DNA of 64,000 bases from Pseudomonadota bacterium (GTDB lineage Bacteria; Pseudomonadota; Gammaproteobacteria; JAKAQQ01): assembly GCA_021810635.1 (NCBI GenBank), contig JAJZIH010000011.1, forward strand, positions 1,422 through 65,421, in the 5' to 3' direction. The notes beneath the pieces were generated by a model. The model was not told the origin of the DNA. It did not search any database and was given only the letters and a program-made list of their open reading frames with translations. This document shows positions 9,183 to 17,535 of this stretch, one piece after another; within the stretch, counting starts at the first letter, position 1, and each line of letters opens with the position of its first letter. The position numbers and the translations under genes are program-made.

Positions 9183-9647
9183 TCAGGTGCCTGTGCAACT
9201 CCTCGGCATCAGCGACTGGGAGATGGTGGTGCTGCTGCAGGTCCAGATCATCGGGGCACCCGGGGAGGCCATGCTCATGATGAACTGGACGCTGTTGCCT
9301 GCGAGTCCCGCATTGACGCCGGTAGTCTTGAAAGCCGCAGTGATCGTGCAGCCGCCGAGAGAAGATGCTGTGCCGGCGTCATCCACCGACGCGACGTATT
9401 TTCCAACGATCAAATCGGCTGCCGGAAAACCGGTCGTCGTGCCGCTGATCGGGCAGGTGTCGTTCTGCATGTAATAGTTCGCGACCGGAATCTTCTGGCC
9501 GCTGATCAGCGAAATCGCCTCCGTGAACTGGGCTTTCGCAATGTAGTTCTCATAGGCCGGGATCGCAATGGCGGCCAAGATGCCGATGATCGCGACCACG
9601 ATCATGAGTTCGATCAGGGTGAACCCCTTTTGACGATTCGTTTTCAT
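9183..9647 (-). CDS. pilA: Type IVa major pilin (prepilin)
   Basis: Class III leader and N-methylation site [33 protein letters not shown]-terminal disulfide loop [19 protein letters not shown] Shine-Dalgarno about 10 nt upstream of the ATG at 9647. Confidence 0.9.
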   Translation of the reverse strand: MKTNRQKGFTLIELMIVVAIIGILAAIAIPAYENYIAKAQFTEAISLISGQKIPVANYYMQNDTCPISGTTTGFPAADLIVGKYVASVDDAGTASSLGGCTITAAFKTTGVNAGLAGNSVQFIMSMASPGAPMIWTCSSTTISQSLMPRSCTGT

Positions 9648-9736
9648 AGCTTGATACCTCGTAGATGAACGATGGACTGGTTCCTCGTCGCGGCCCCAAG
9701 CCATTACGCGAAGGAAGTTCCGCAATAGGTAGACCT

Positions 9737-9751
9737 GCAGGATGCATGCCA
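9737..9751 (-). promoter_or_regulatory. Sigma54 (-24/-12) promoter of the downstream pilin gene
   Basis: The minus strand reads TGGCATGCATCCTGC (GG-N10-GC; consensus TGGCAC-N5-TTGC), about 90 nt upstream of the ATG. PilR-dependent pilin genes classically use sigma54. Confidence 0.65.
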
Positions 9752-9839
9752 GACTGGATCCCCATTCCTTCCGGGCCGCCGAATCCAGCCCGAACGCGGA
9801 TCCCGTGAAGGGTCGATCGTCCAGGTCCCGGATCTAAAG

Positions 9840-9895
9840 TGACACTTAGTGTCAGTAGGTGACATTTTTCGTCACTTGCTGACCCAAATTGTCAG
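9840..9895. promoter_or_regulatory. Three phased palindromic sites TGAC-N7-GTCA; candidate PilR enhancer (UAS)
   Basis: Sites at 9840-9854 TGACacttagtGTCA, 9860-9874 TGACatttttcGTCA and 9880-9894 TGACccaaattGTCA. Centres are at 9847/9867/9887, exactly 20 bp apart. They lie 90-145 bp upstream of the sigma54 promoter at 9737-9751. Each contains TGTC/GACA cores as reported for P. aeruginosa PilR sites. Confidence 0.55.
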
Positions 9896-10332
9896 GAACC
9901 ATTGCATGACTGGGGGAGGAGGGTCGGATCGATGGTCGAGCTGCTGCAGATCCACCGGATCGCCCCGCCAAAGCCTGTGGATTTGGGCGCGAGGCTGAGC
10001 GTTTTCCCGGACAGCCCGGGCACGACTCCGTGAGTTTTGAAGACCGCCTGGATGACCCCGTCCTTGACCCCGACTTGGGCCACATAACGGCCGGCCAGGC
10101 TGGCCGGCTCCGGAATTCCGTTCTCGCCCGAGGTGATGCCGACGAAACTGCCGTTGCTCCACCAGAGCGAGGCGATCGTCGGCTTGAGGCCGCCCGCGAT
10201 CGAAAGCGCTTCCGTCGCCTCCGCCCGGGCGATGTCGCTTTCGTAGGCCGGGATCGCGATGGTCGCGAGAACTCCCACGATCAGGATCACGATCATGAGT
10301 TCGATCAGGGTGAATCCGCGGTTTGGGCGCAT
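9892..10332 (-). CDS. Type IVa pilin paralogue (prepilin)
   Basis: Leader [31 protein letters not shown]-terminal disulfide loop [15 protein letters not shown]. 146 aa. Confidence 0.9.
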   Translation of the reverse strand: MRPNRGFTLIELMIVILIVGVLATIAIPAYESDIARAEATEALSIAGGLKPTIASLWWSNGSFVGITSGENGIPEPASLAGRYVAQVGVKDGVIQAVFKTHGVVPGLSGKTLSLAPKSTGFGGAIRWICSSSTIDPTLLPQSCNGS

Positions 10333-10371
10333 GGTGACTTCGGAATTCCGGCCAACTCATCAACCAATCCT

Positions 10372-10386
10372 GCAGGTTTGATGCCA
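10372..10386 (-). promoter_or_regulatory. Sigma54 (-24/-12) promoter of the upstream pilin paralogue
   Basis: The minus strand reads TGGCATCAAACCTGC (GG-N10-GC), about 40 nt upstream of the ATG at 10332. It shares TGGCAT-N4-CCTGCAGG with the promoter at 9737-9751. Confidence 0.6.
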
Positions 10387-10442
10387 GTTCCTCCAGGCGA
10401 CCTGTCTATAATGGGGCCCTTAAGCTCTAGGACCTCTCCCCG

Positions 10443-12167
10443 ATGATGGATCCGATCCCCGAACACTACGTCTCCCCCGAGGGAAGGGCCCGGCTCATGG
10501 AGGAGATCCGGAAGAGCCGGGCCCCCTCGTGGGTTCTCACGCGACGGCAGCTCTGCGATCTCGAGCTCCTCCTGAGCGGCGCCTTCCATCCCCTCGCGGG
10601 TTTCCTCGACGAGGCCGACTACGCGAAGGTGGTGGCCGTGGGCCGGCTCGCCGACGGGGCGCTCTGGCCCCTGCCGGTCACGCTCGATGTGCCGGACCGC
10701 CTGGCCGAGCGGCTGGATCGCGGGAGTCTCCTCGAGCTTTGTGATCCGGAAGGGATTCCGCTGGCTGCTCTCGAGGTGACCGGGCAGTACCGGCCCGACC
10801 GCCGGGCGGAAGCGCGGGCGGTTTTCGGCAGCGAGGATCCGGTCCATCCAGGGGTCCGCCACCTCCTCGAGGCCACTCATCCGGTCTATGTCGCGGGCCG
10901 TCTTGCGGGGCTCACCCCGCCTCCCCATTACGATTTCCAGGCCCTGAGGCTCACTCCGAACGAACTCCGGGCGCGCTTCAGGGCCCTGGGCTGGCGGCGG
11001 GTCATCGCCTTCCAGACGAGGAATCCCCTCCACCGGGCCCATGTCGAACTCACCTTCCGCGCCGCTCGCGAACGGGAGGCCAATCTCCTGATCCACCCGT
11101 CGGTCGGACTGACCCGGCCCGGCGATGTCGATGTCTATACCCGGGTCCGCTGTTACCAGAAGGTCCTCAGGCACTACCCGGCGGCGACGACCCTGCTGGC
11201 GCTCCTGCCGCTGGCCATGCGCATGGGAGGCCCGCGCGAGGTCCTCTTGCACATGATCATCCGGAAAAACTGCGGGGCCAGCGACTTCATCGTGGGCCGG
11301 GATCACGCCGGGCCCGGACGCGACCGCGCGGGCCACCCGTTTTATCCGCCCGGTGCCGCCCGCGAGGCCGCCCTGGCCCATGCCGATGAAATCGGAATCG
11401 GGGTCGTGACGTTTGACGAGATGGTCTATGCCCCAAGACGCGGTCAGTACCTGCCGGTGGACGAACTGGCGCCCGGCGAGGAATCGTTGACCCTGTCCGG
11501 CACCGAACTCCGGCGCCGACTGGCCCTGGGACTCGAGATCCCGGAATGGTTTTCCTTTCCCGAGGTCCTGGGCGAACTCCGGAAAAGCCAGCCGCCGCTC
11601 GCCCGGCGCGGGCTCACCGTCTTCCTCACCGGATTTTCCGGAGCCGGGAAATCGACGATTGCCCATGCGCTGGCCGAGAAAATGCTCGAGGAGGGGGGAC
11701 GGTCCGTGACCCTTCTGGATGGCGATCCCGTGCGGCGGACGCTTTCCAGCGAACTCGGGTTTTCCCGGGAACATCGCGATCTCCACATCCGCCGCCTCGG
11801 TTTCGTGGCCTCCGAAATCAGCAAGAGCGGGGGATGCGCGATTTGCGCGCCCATCGCGCCCTACGCCCGGACCCGCGAGGAGGTCCGCGAACTGGTGGAA
11901 TCCAAGGGCGGCGGGTTTGTCGAGATCTACATTTCGACCCCGCTCGAGGTCTGCGAGGGACGTGACCGCAAGGGACTCTATGCACGGGCCCGGGCCGGAT
12001 TGATTGCCGACTTTACCGGAATCAGCGATCCCTACGAGGTCCCGACCGCCCCGGATCTCGCGATCGACACGACGGATTTGACCCCGGAGGAGGCCTGCCA
12101 GAAGATCATGCTCAAACTCGAGCATCTGGGCTATATCGGGGGCGGGGGCACCTCCCCGAAATCGTAG
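10443..12167 (+). CDS. Bifunctional sulfate adenylyltransferase (ATP sulfurylase) / adenylylsulfate kinase
   Basis: N-terminal Sat domain with the QTRNPLHRAH and GRDHAG motifs. C-terminal APS kinase domain with P-loop GFSGAGKST. Confidence 0.9.
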   Translation: MMDPIPEHYVSPEGRARLMEEIRKSRAPSWVLTRRQLCDLELLLSGAFHPLAGFLDEADYAKVVAVGRLADGALWPLPVTLDVPDRLAERLDRGSLLELCDPEGIPLAALEVTGQYRPDRRAEARAVFGSEDPVHPGVRHLLEATHPVYVAGRLAGLTPPPHYDFQALRLTPNELRARFRALGWRRVIAFQTRNPLHRAHVELTFRAAREREANLLIHPSVGLTRPGDVDVYTRVRCYQKVLRHYPAATTLLALLPLAMRMGGPREVLLHMIIRKNCGASDFIVGRDHAGPGRDRAGHPFYPPGAAREAALAHADEIGIGVVTFDEMVYAPRRGQYLPVDELAPGEESLTLSGTELRRRLALGLEIPEWFSFPEVLGELRKSQPPLARRGLTVFLTGFSGAGKSTIAHALAEKMLEEGGRSVTLLDGDPVRRTLSSELGFSREHRDLHIRRLGFVASEISKSGGCAICAPIAPYARTREEVRELVESKGGGFVEIYISTPLEVCEGRDRKGLYARARAGLIADFTGISDPYEVPTAPDLAIDTTDLTPEEACQKIMLKLEHLGYIGGGGTSPKS

Positions 12168-12205
12168 TCAAACACCCCGGCACCCCCCCTTTGCTAGAAT
12201 AAGCC

Positions 12206-13600
12206 ATGACGTCTATGCGGAGCCGGCAGCCGAAACGGGTGTACATCGAGACGCAGGGATGCCAGATGAACGTCTATGATTCGGGCCAGATGCTCGAAAT
12301 CCTGCGCGAAGCTTCGGGTTACCTTGCGGCCGACCGGGCCGAGGAAGCCGATCTGCTCGTGCTCAATACCTGTTCCGTCCGGGAAAAGGCCTTCGACAAG
12401 GCGTTGTCCAGGCTGGGCCGCTGGCGGCAGCTCAAGGCGGATCGGCCCGACCTCCGGATTGCGGTGGGCGGCTGTGTCGCGAGCCAGGAAGGTCGGCATC
12501 TTTTGGCCCGCGCCCCGTTTGTCGACGTGGTTTTCGGCCCCCAGACCCTGCAGCGCCTGCCGGCGCTTTTGGACGAACGGGAAACCACGGGACGGGCGCA
12601 GGTGGATATCCGCTTCCCCGCCATCGAGAAGTTCGACGCCCTGCCGCCCCCGCAGCGGACGGGACCGTGCGCCTTCGTGTCGATCATGGAAGGCTGCAGC
12701 AAGTATTGCAGTTTCTGCATTGTCCCCTATACCCGGGGAGAAGAGGCGAACCGGCCTTTTGCCGACATTCTGGCCGAGGTCTGGACGCTGGCGGAATCCG
12801 GGGTGCGCGAGGTCACCTTCCTCGGACAGAACGTGAACGCCTACCAGGCCGAGTGGGGAGGGGAGCTGCGCGACCTGGCCGATCTCATCCGGTACACGGC
12901 GGCCATCGAGTCCATCCAGCGCATCCGCTTCACCACCTCCCACCCGATCGAGTTCGGCGACCGCCTGATCCGAACCTTCCGGGAGGAACCCAAACTGGCC
13001 CCCCATCTGCATCTGCCCGTCCAGAGCGGTTCCGACCGGATCCTCACGGCCATGAGACGCGGTTACACGACCTTGGAGTACCGCTCCAAAGCCAGACGCC
13101 TGCGCGAGGCGCGGCCCGACCTCGCGCTCACGACGGATCTCATCGTGGGATTCCCGGGCGAGACGGAAAGCGATTTCGAGGCGACTTGCGACCTCGTCCG
13201 GGACCTGGGCTTCGACCAGTCCTTCCTCTTTCTCTATAGCCCGCGACCCGGCACTCCGGCCGCCGCGCTGCCGGATCCGGTACCGGAGGCGGTCCGGCAC
13301 GAGCGGTTCGGCCGCCTCAAGGCGTTGCTCGACCGCCAGGCCCTGGACTTCAGCCGCCAGCGGGTCGGCGAGACCGTCTCCGTCCTCGTGGAACGGAGGG
13401 GGGAGTCGGATCCCATAGCCCTCTCCGGACGCTCTGGAACCAACCATTGGGTCCATTTCACGGGGCCCTCCGATCTCGTGGGGACGATGACCAGGGTCGA
13501 GGTGACCCAGGGACTCCCCAACTGTCTCAAGGGGCGGTGGGTTGGCACCGAACCCGTGCGCCCGCGCGGCCATGACCGAATCCGGCAACCGGCGGCTTAA
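12206..13600 (+). CDS. miaB: tRNA-i6A37 methylthiotransferase MiaB
   Basis: VYIETQGCQMNVYDS N-terminal cluster and radical-SAM motif CSKYCSFCIVP. Conserved synteny with ybeZ-ybeY-corC-lnt. Confidence 0.9.
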   Translation: MTSMRSRQPKRVYIETQGCQMNVYDSGQMLEILREASGYLAADRAEEADLLVLNTCSVREKAFDKALSRLGRWRQLKADRPDLRIAVGGCVASQEGRHLLARAPFVDVVFGPQTLQRLPALLDERETTGRAQVDIRFPAIEKFDALPPPQRTGPCAFVSIMEGCSKYCSFCIVPYTRGEEANRPFADILAEVWTLAESGVREVTFLGQNVNAYQAEWGGELRDLADLIRYTAAIESIQRIRFTTSHPIEFGDRLIRTFREEPKLAPHLHLPVQSGSDRILTAMRRGYTTLEYRSKARRLREARPDLALTTDLIVGFPGETESDFEATCDLVRDLGFDQSFLFLYSPRPGTPAAALPDPVPEAVRHERFGRLKALLDRQALDFSRQRVGETVSVLVERRGESDPIALSGRSGTNHWVHFTGPSDLVGTMTRVEVTQGLPNCLKGRWVGTEPVRPRGHDRIRQPAA

Positions 13601-13613
13601 CCCCGGCCGCCGG

Positions 13614-14570
13614 ATGGCCGGCACCGAGGTGGTCCTCGAACCTCCGGACAACGACCGGCTGGCCCGGCTGTGCGGTCCCCTGGACGGCCACTTGCGCCAG
13701 ATTGAGGCCGAACTCGGGGTCGAGATCAAAAACCGGGGGAACCGGTTCCGTCTTTTGGGCGAGGCCCAGGCCGTGGAAGCCGCAGGTCGCCTCCTGCGCG
13801 GGCTCTACGCGCGCGAGGAGGACGAACCGTTCGAAGCCCACCGGATCGAGGAGGCGCTGGAGTCCGTCGAAAGCGGTCCGCGCGCGGACCGGGAGGAGGG
13901 ACGGCCGGTGCGGGCCGGCACCGGCCGGCTGAACGTCGAGCCCCATGGGCGACACCAGGCGGAGTACCTGTGGCTGATCCGCCGCCACGATCTCACGTTC
14001 GGAGTCGGGCCGGCCGGAACCGGCAAGACCTATCTGGCGGTCGCGGAGGGGGCAGGGTTTCTCGAACGGGGTGCGTGCGAACGGCTGGTCCTGGTTCGAC
14101 CCGCGGTCGAGGCGGGGGAACGGCTGGGCTTCCTCCCCGGGGACCTGAGCCAGAAGATCGATCCCTACCTCAAGCCCATCTACGACGCGCTCCACGAGTT
14201 TCTGGGCTACGAAAAGGTCATGCGGTACCTCGAACGGGGCGTGATCGAAATTGCCCCGCTGGCCTACATGCGGGGGCGGACGCTCAACCGGTCCTACATC
14301 CTGCTCGACGAGGCGCAGAACACGACGGTCGAGCAGATGAAAATGTTCCTGACCCGGATCGGTTTCGGTTCCAGGGCGGTCGTGACCGGCGATCTCACCC
14401 AGATCGATCTGCCCCGCCCCGACCGGTCGGGTCTGCCCCACGCGCTCCGGATTCTCGAAAACCTGTCCGAAGTGGGCGTGGTCCGGTTCGACCGGCGGGA
14501 CGTGCGCCGTCACCCGCTCGTCAAGCGCATCATCCAGGCCTACGAGGACTCCGGGCCGGGAGAGCATTGA
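13614..14570 (+). CDS. ybeZ: PhoH-like ATPase YbeZ
   Basis: P-loop GPAGTGKTYLAV. The start at MAGTEVVLEPPDNDRLARLCGP aligns with the E. coli YbeZ N-terminus (recalled). Earlier in-frame starts would overlap miaB. Confidence 0.85.
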   Translation: MAGTEVVLEPPDNDRLARLCGPLDGHLRQIEAELGVEIKNRGNRFRLLGEAQAVEAAGRLLRGLYAREEDEPFEAHRIEEALESVESGPRADREEGRPVRAGTGRLNVEPHGRHQAEYLWLIRRHDLTFGVGPAGTGKTYLAVAEGAGFLERGACERLVLVRPAVEAGERLGFLPGDLSQKIDPYLKPIYDALHEFLGYEKVMRYLERGVIEIAPLAYMRGRTLNRSYILLDEAQNTTVEQMKMFLTRIGFGSRAVVTGDLTQIDLPRPDRSGLPHALRILENLSEVGVVRFDRRDVRRHPLVKRIIQAYEDSGPGEH

Positions 14571-15043
14571 TGCGGGTCGAAGTGAGTTATGGGCTTGCCC
14601 GTCGCGGGTTGCCGGCGCCACTCGCGTTCGGGTGCTGGATCGACCGGACCGGTCGCATCCTCGACGTGGACGGCGTGGTGAGCATTCGCGTGGCGGGAGC
14701 GGTGGAAGGCGCGGCGCTGAACCGGCGGTTCCGCCACCTTAGTGGGCCCACCAATGTCCTGTCGTTTCCGGCCGCCCCCCCCGGCCGTGGGGAACGGTTC
14801 TGGGGCGACATCGTCCTCTGTGGGCCGGTCGTCACGGCGGAGGCCAAGAGCTTCGGCCGCCCCCCCCGCCATCATTTCGCCCACCTCACCGTGCACGGCT
14901 TCCTGCATCTTTTGGGCTACGATCACGAACGCCCGGAATCCCGCCGCCTGATGGAAACCCTCGAAATCCGCCTGCTCGGCGGCTTGGGGATCCCCGATCC
15001 CTACGAAGAGCGGCCACCCGGCCGTTGTTCGGGAAGCCGGTGA
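14570..15043 (+). CDS. ybeY: rRNA maturation endoribonuclease YbeY
   Basis: Zinc motif HGFLHLLGYDH. The ATG overlaps the ybeZ TGA. Confidence 0.9.
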   Translation: MRVEVSYGLARRGLPAPLAFGCWIDRTGRILDVDGVVSIRVAGAVEGAALNRRFRHLSGPTNVLSFPAAPPGRGERFWGDIVLCGPVVTAEAKSFGRPPRHHFAHLTVHGFLHLLGYDHERPESRRLMETLEIRLLGGLGIPDPYEERPPGRCSGSR

Positions 15044-15918
15044 AGTCCGTGGACGAACCACCGACCGCGTCCTCCCCCGGCTGGATCGAACGGCTGGGGC
15101 AGATGCTCGGGCGCGAGGTGCGCGACCGCGAGGCCTTCCTCGAGGTGGTCGAAGAGGCCTTCGCGAACGGGGTCCTGGACCAGGATGCCCGCGACATGCT
15201 CATGGGCGTGCTCAAGGTCAGCGAACGCCGGGTCAGCGAGGTCATGATCCCGCACGGACAGATGATCGTGATCCAGGAAACGGAATCCATGGGCCAGGTG
15301 CTGGCCACCGTGGTCGGATCCGGGCACTCGCGGTTCCCGGTGATCGGCGAGAGCCGGGACCAGGTCGTGGGACTTCTGCTCGCGAAGGATCTTTTGGCGC
15401 ACTATGAGCAGCGGTCCCGCCATTTCAGCCTGCGGGACCACCTCCGGCCCATGCTGTTCGTGCCCGAAACCAAGGCGTTGAACCTCCTGCTCCGTGAGTT
15501 TCGCAGCACGCGCAACCACATGGCGGTGGTCATCGACGAGTTTGGCGGAGTGGCCGGACTCGTGACGCTCGAGGACGTGCTCGAGGAAATCGTGGGCGAG
15601 ATCCGGGACGAGTACGACCTCGAGACGGAAGGCAACATTCTCGAGCACAGCCGTCAGCGCTATACCGTCCGTGGGCTCACGGGTCTGCCGGAGTTCAACC
15701 GGCATTTCAGGACCACCCTGCCGGAGGATGAGTTCGACACGATTGGCGGGTTCCTGGTCGACCAGTGGGGGCGGGTGCCCGGACGGGGGGAAACGCTCGA
15801 GACCGCCTCTCTCCATTTCCGGGTGCTCCGGGCCGACCGGCGCCGCATCCAGCTGCTCGAGGTCCGGCGTCCGAAGCCCCGCCCGCCGGTCGCTCCCACG
15901 GATTCCCCCCCGGCATGA
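15040..15918 (+). CDS. corC: CBS-domain Mg/Co efflux-associated protein CorC (YbeX)
   Basis: CBS pair plus the CorC_HlyC C-terminal domain (HMAVVIDEFGGVAGLVTLEDVLEEIVGEI). A GTG at 15040 overlaps the ybeY TGA. An alternative TTG start is at 15025. Confidence 0.85.
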   Translation: MKSVDEPPTASSPGWIERLGQMLGREVRDREAFLEVVEEAFANGVLDQDARDMLMGVLKVSERRVSEVMIPHGQMIVIQETESMGQVLATVVGSGHSRFPVIGESRDQVVGLLLAKDLLAHYEQRSRHFSLRDHLRPMLFVPETKALNLLLREFRSTRNHMAVVIDEFGGVAGLVTLEDVLEEIVGEIRDEYDLETEGNILEHSRQRYTVRGLTGLPEFNRHFRTTLPEDEFDTIGGFLVDQWGRVPGRGETLETASLHFRVLRADRRRIQLLEVRRPKPRPPVAPTDSPPA

Positions 15919-17474
15919 ACCGGGGAGTCCGGTTGTGGCAGGCCCCGCTCGTCCGCTCCGGGCTCGCCCTGGCCGCGGGAGCGCTCCTCGTTCTGGCCTT
16001 CGCGCCCTTCGATCAGTGGGAACTGGGCTTTCTGGCCCCGGCCCTCCTGTTCCTGGTCTGGGAGGGGGCTCCCCCGCCGCGGGCGGCCCTTTTCGGTCTC
16101 TGCTTCGGAATCGGTCTGTTCGGCTTCGGCATCGACTGGATCGTCCACAGCATCGCGGTGGTCGGGCATGAACCCCCACTCCTCGCCTGGGGTCTGGTTT
16201 CTTCCCTGACTCTCGCGTGTGCCGTCTTCACCGCGGGGGTCGGCTGGGCGGCCGCCCGTCTCGCCCCCCGTCCCGGGTTTTCGCGCTATGCGCTCGTCCT
16301 GCCCGCCCTCTGGGTTCTGGCCGAATGGGTGCGGGGCTGGATCCTGACCGGATTTCCCTGGCTCGATTTGGGCTACAGCGCAGTGGGTCAGGTCCTGGCC
16401 CAGGGCTATGCCCCGGTCCTGGGAACGCTCGGCGTGAGTTTCGTCCTGGCCCTGACCGCAGGCCTGATCGTGGCCTCCGTCCGCCTGCCGGCCCCGGCCC
16501 ATCGCTGGGGGGCGCTGGCTTTGCTGAGCGCGGTCTGGCTCCTGTCCCCGGCCCTTTCGGCGATTCACTGGATCCGGCCGGATGGACCCCCGATTACGGT
16601 GAGCGTGGTCCAGGGCGACATTCCGCAACGGATGAAGTTCCGCCCGGGTGCCTGGCGGTCCGGACTCGCCCGGTACGAGGCCATGAGCCGGATGCTCTGG
16701 CATCCGGGACGGGTGGTGGTCTGGCCCGAGTCGGCCGTCTCCACCTGGTACGAGGAGGCGATTCGCCCGCTCCGGAGACTTCGACGCCGGATCCGGGCGC
16801 ACGGCGCCACGCTCATGACGGGGATTTTCCACTATGACTTCCGGAACGGCGGCCGCTACAACGCCGCCGTCCGGATCGGATCCGGGCCGGTCCGCTTTTA
16901 CGACAAGCACCACCTGGTCCCGTACGGCGAATACTTTCCGGTGCCGGCGTTCGTTCGTGCCTGGCTCCGTGACTGGAAGCTGCCCCACTCGAGTTTCACG
17001 AAGGGGCCCGCCGTGCAGCCGCCCTTCCGGGTGGACGGAAGGTGGGCTGGAATCTCGATCTGTTATGAGGATGCCTTCGGACGCGACATCCGGCGTGCCC
17101 TGCCGAAGGCCAACTGGCTGGTCAACGTGAGTGATGATGCCTGGTTCGGACGGACCATCGGGCCCGACCAGCAGTTTCAGATGGCCCGGATGCGCGCTCT
17201 CGAAACCGGGCGGCCGCTCGTGCGGGCCGACAATACGGCCATTTCCGGCCTGATCGATGCACGGGGCCGTCTCATCGGCCAGCTACCGCCCTTCCTGCCG
17301 CTCGTCCTGACCGGATCCGTCCAGCCGGAGGCCGGGCTTACGCCCTATGACCGATGGGGGGATCGGCCGATCGTGATTCTGGCTGGTGTGCTTTTGTGGG
17401 TGGGGGCGTTTTGGGGAACCGGGCGCAGGCGCCCGCAGGATCCTCGCCACAGGCCCGGCGGGGATGCTTTATGA
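15915..17474 (+). CDS. lnt: Apolipoprotein N-acyltransferase
   Basis: N-terminal polytopic region followed by a CN-hydrolase domain (VVWPESA...ICYEDAF). The ATG overlaps the corC TGA. Conserved synteny. Confidence 0.9.
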   Translation: MNRGVRLWQAPLVRSGLALAAGALLVLAFAPFDQWELGFLAPALLFLVWEGAPPPRAALFGLCFGIGLFGFGIDWIVHSIAVVGHEPPLLAWGLVSSLTLACAVFTAGVGWAAARLAPRPGFSRYALVLPALWVLAEWVRGWILTGFPWLDLGYSAVGQVLAQGYAPVLGTLGVSFVLALTAGLIVASVRLPAPAHRWGALALLSAVWLLSPALSAIHWIRPDGPPITVSVVQGDIPQRMKFRPGAWRSGLARYEAMSRMLWHPGRVVVWPESAVSTWYEEAIRPLRRLRRRIRAHGATLMTGIFHYDFRNGGRYNAAVRIGSGPVRFYDKHHLVPYGEYFPVPAFVRAWLRDWKLPHSSFTKGPAVQPPFRVDGRWAGISICYEDAFGRDIRRALPKANWLVNVSDDAWFGRTIGPDQQFQMARMRALETGRPLVRADNTAISGLIDARGRLIGQLPPFLPLVLTGSVQPEAGLTPYDRWGDRPIVILAGVLLWVGAFWGTGRRRPQDPRHRPGGDAL

Positions 17475-17535
17475 TCACGGATCCCGGCCCGGACCCGCGC
17501 CTCCAGGGCGCGTCCGCATCCTGGCAGAAGGCGTG

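Noticed and set aside
8998-9198. N-terminal 67-aa extension of the methyltransferase ORF, overlapping the pilin stop
   Set aside because: The extension runs through the strong pilin terminator hairpin, is Arg/Gly/Pro-rich and precedes the first TM helix. An internal ATG at 8997 (or 9021) is more plausible. The long upstream extensions of the etfB, etfA, lnt, leuS, nadD, E1-beta, pilS, sucC, bamD, yhdP and maiA ORFs were trimmed in the same way.
9839-9897. Reading the three small inverted repeats as the terminator of the upstream pilin gene
   Set aside because: The stems are only 4-6 bp and AT-containing, with no downstream T tract. Their identical TGAC-N7-GTCA architecture and exact 20-bp phasing fit protein-binding sites better. 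A weak attenuating role cannot be excluded.
10305-12125. 606-aa minus-strand ORF
   Set aside because: It is antisense to the bifunctional sat/cysC gene, which carries HRAH, GRDHAG and P-loop motifs.
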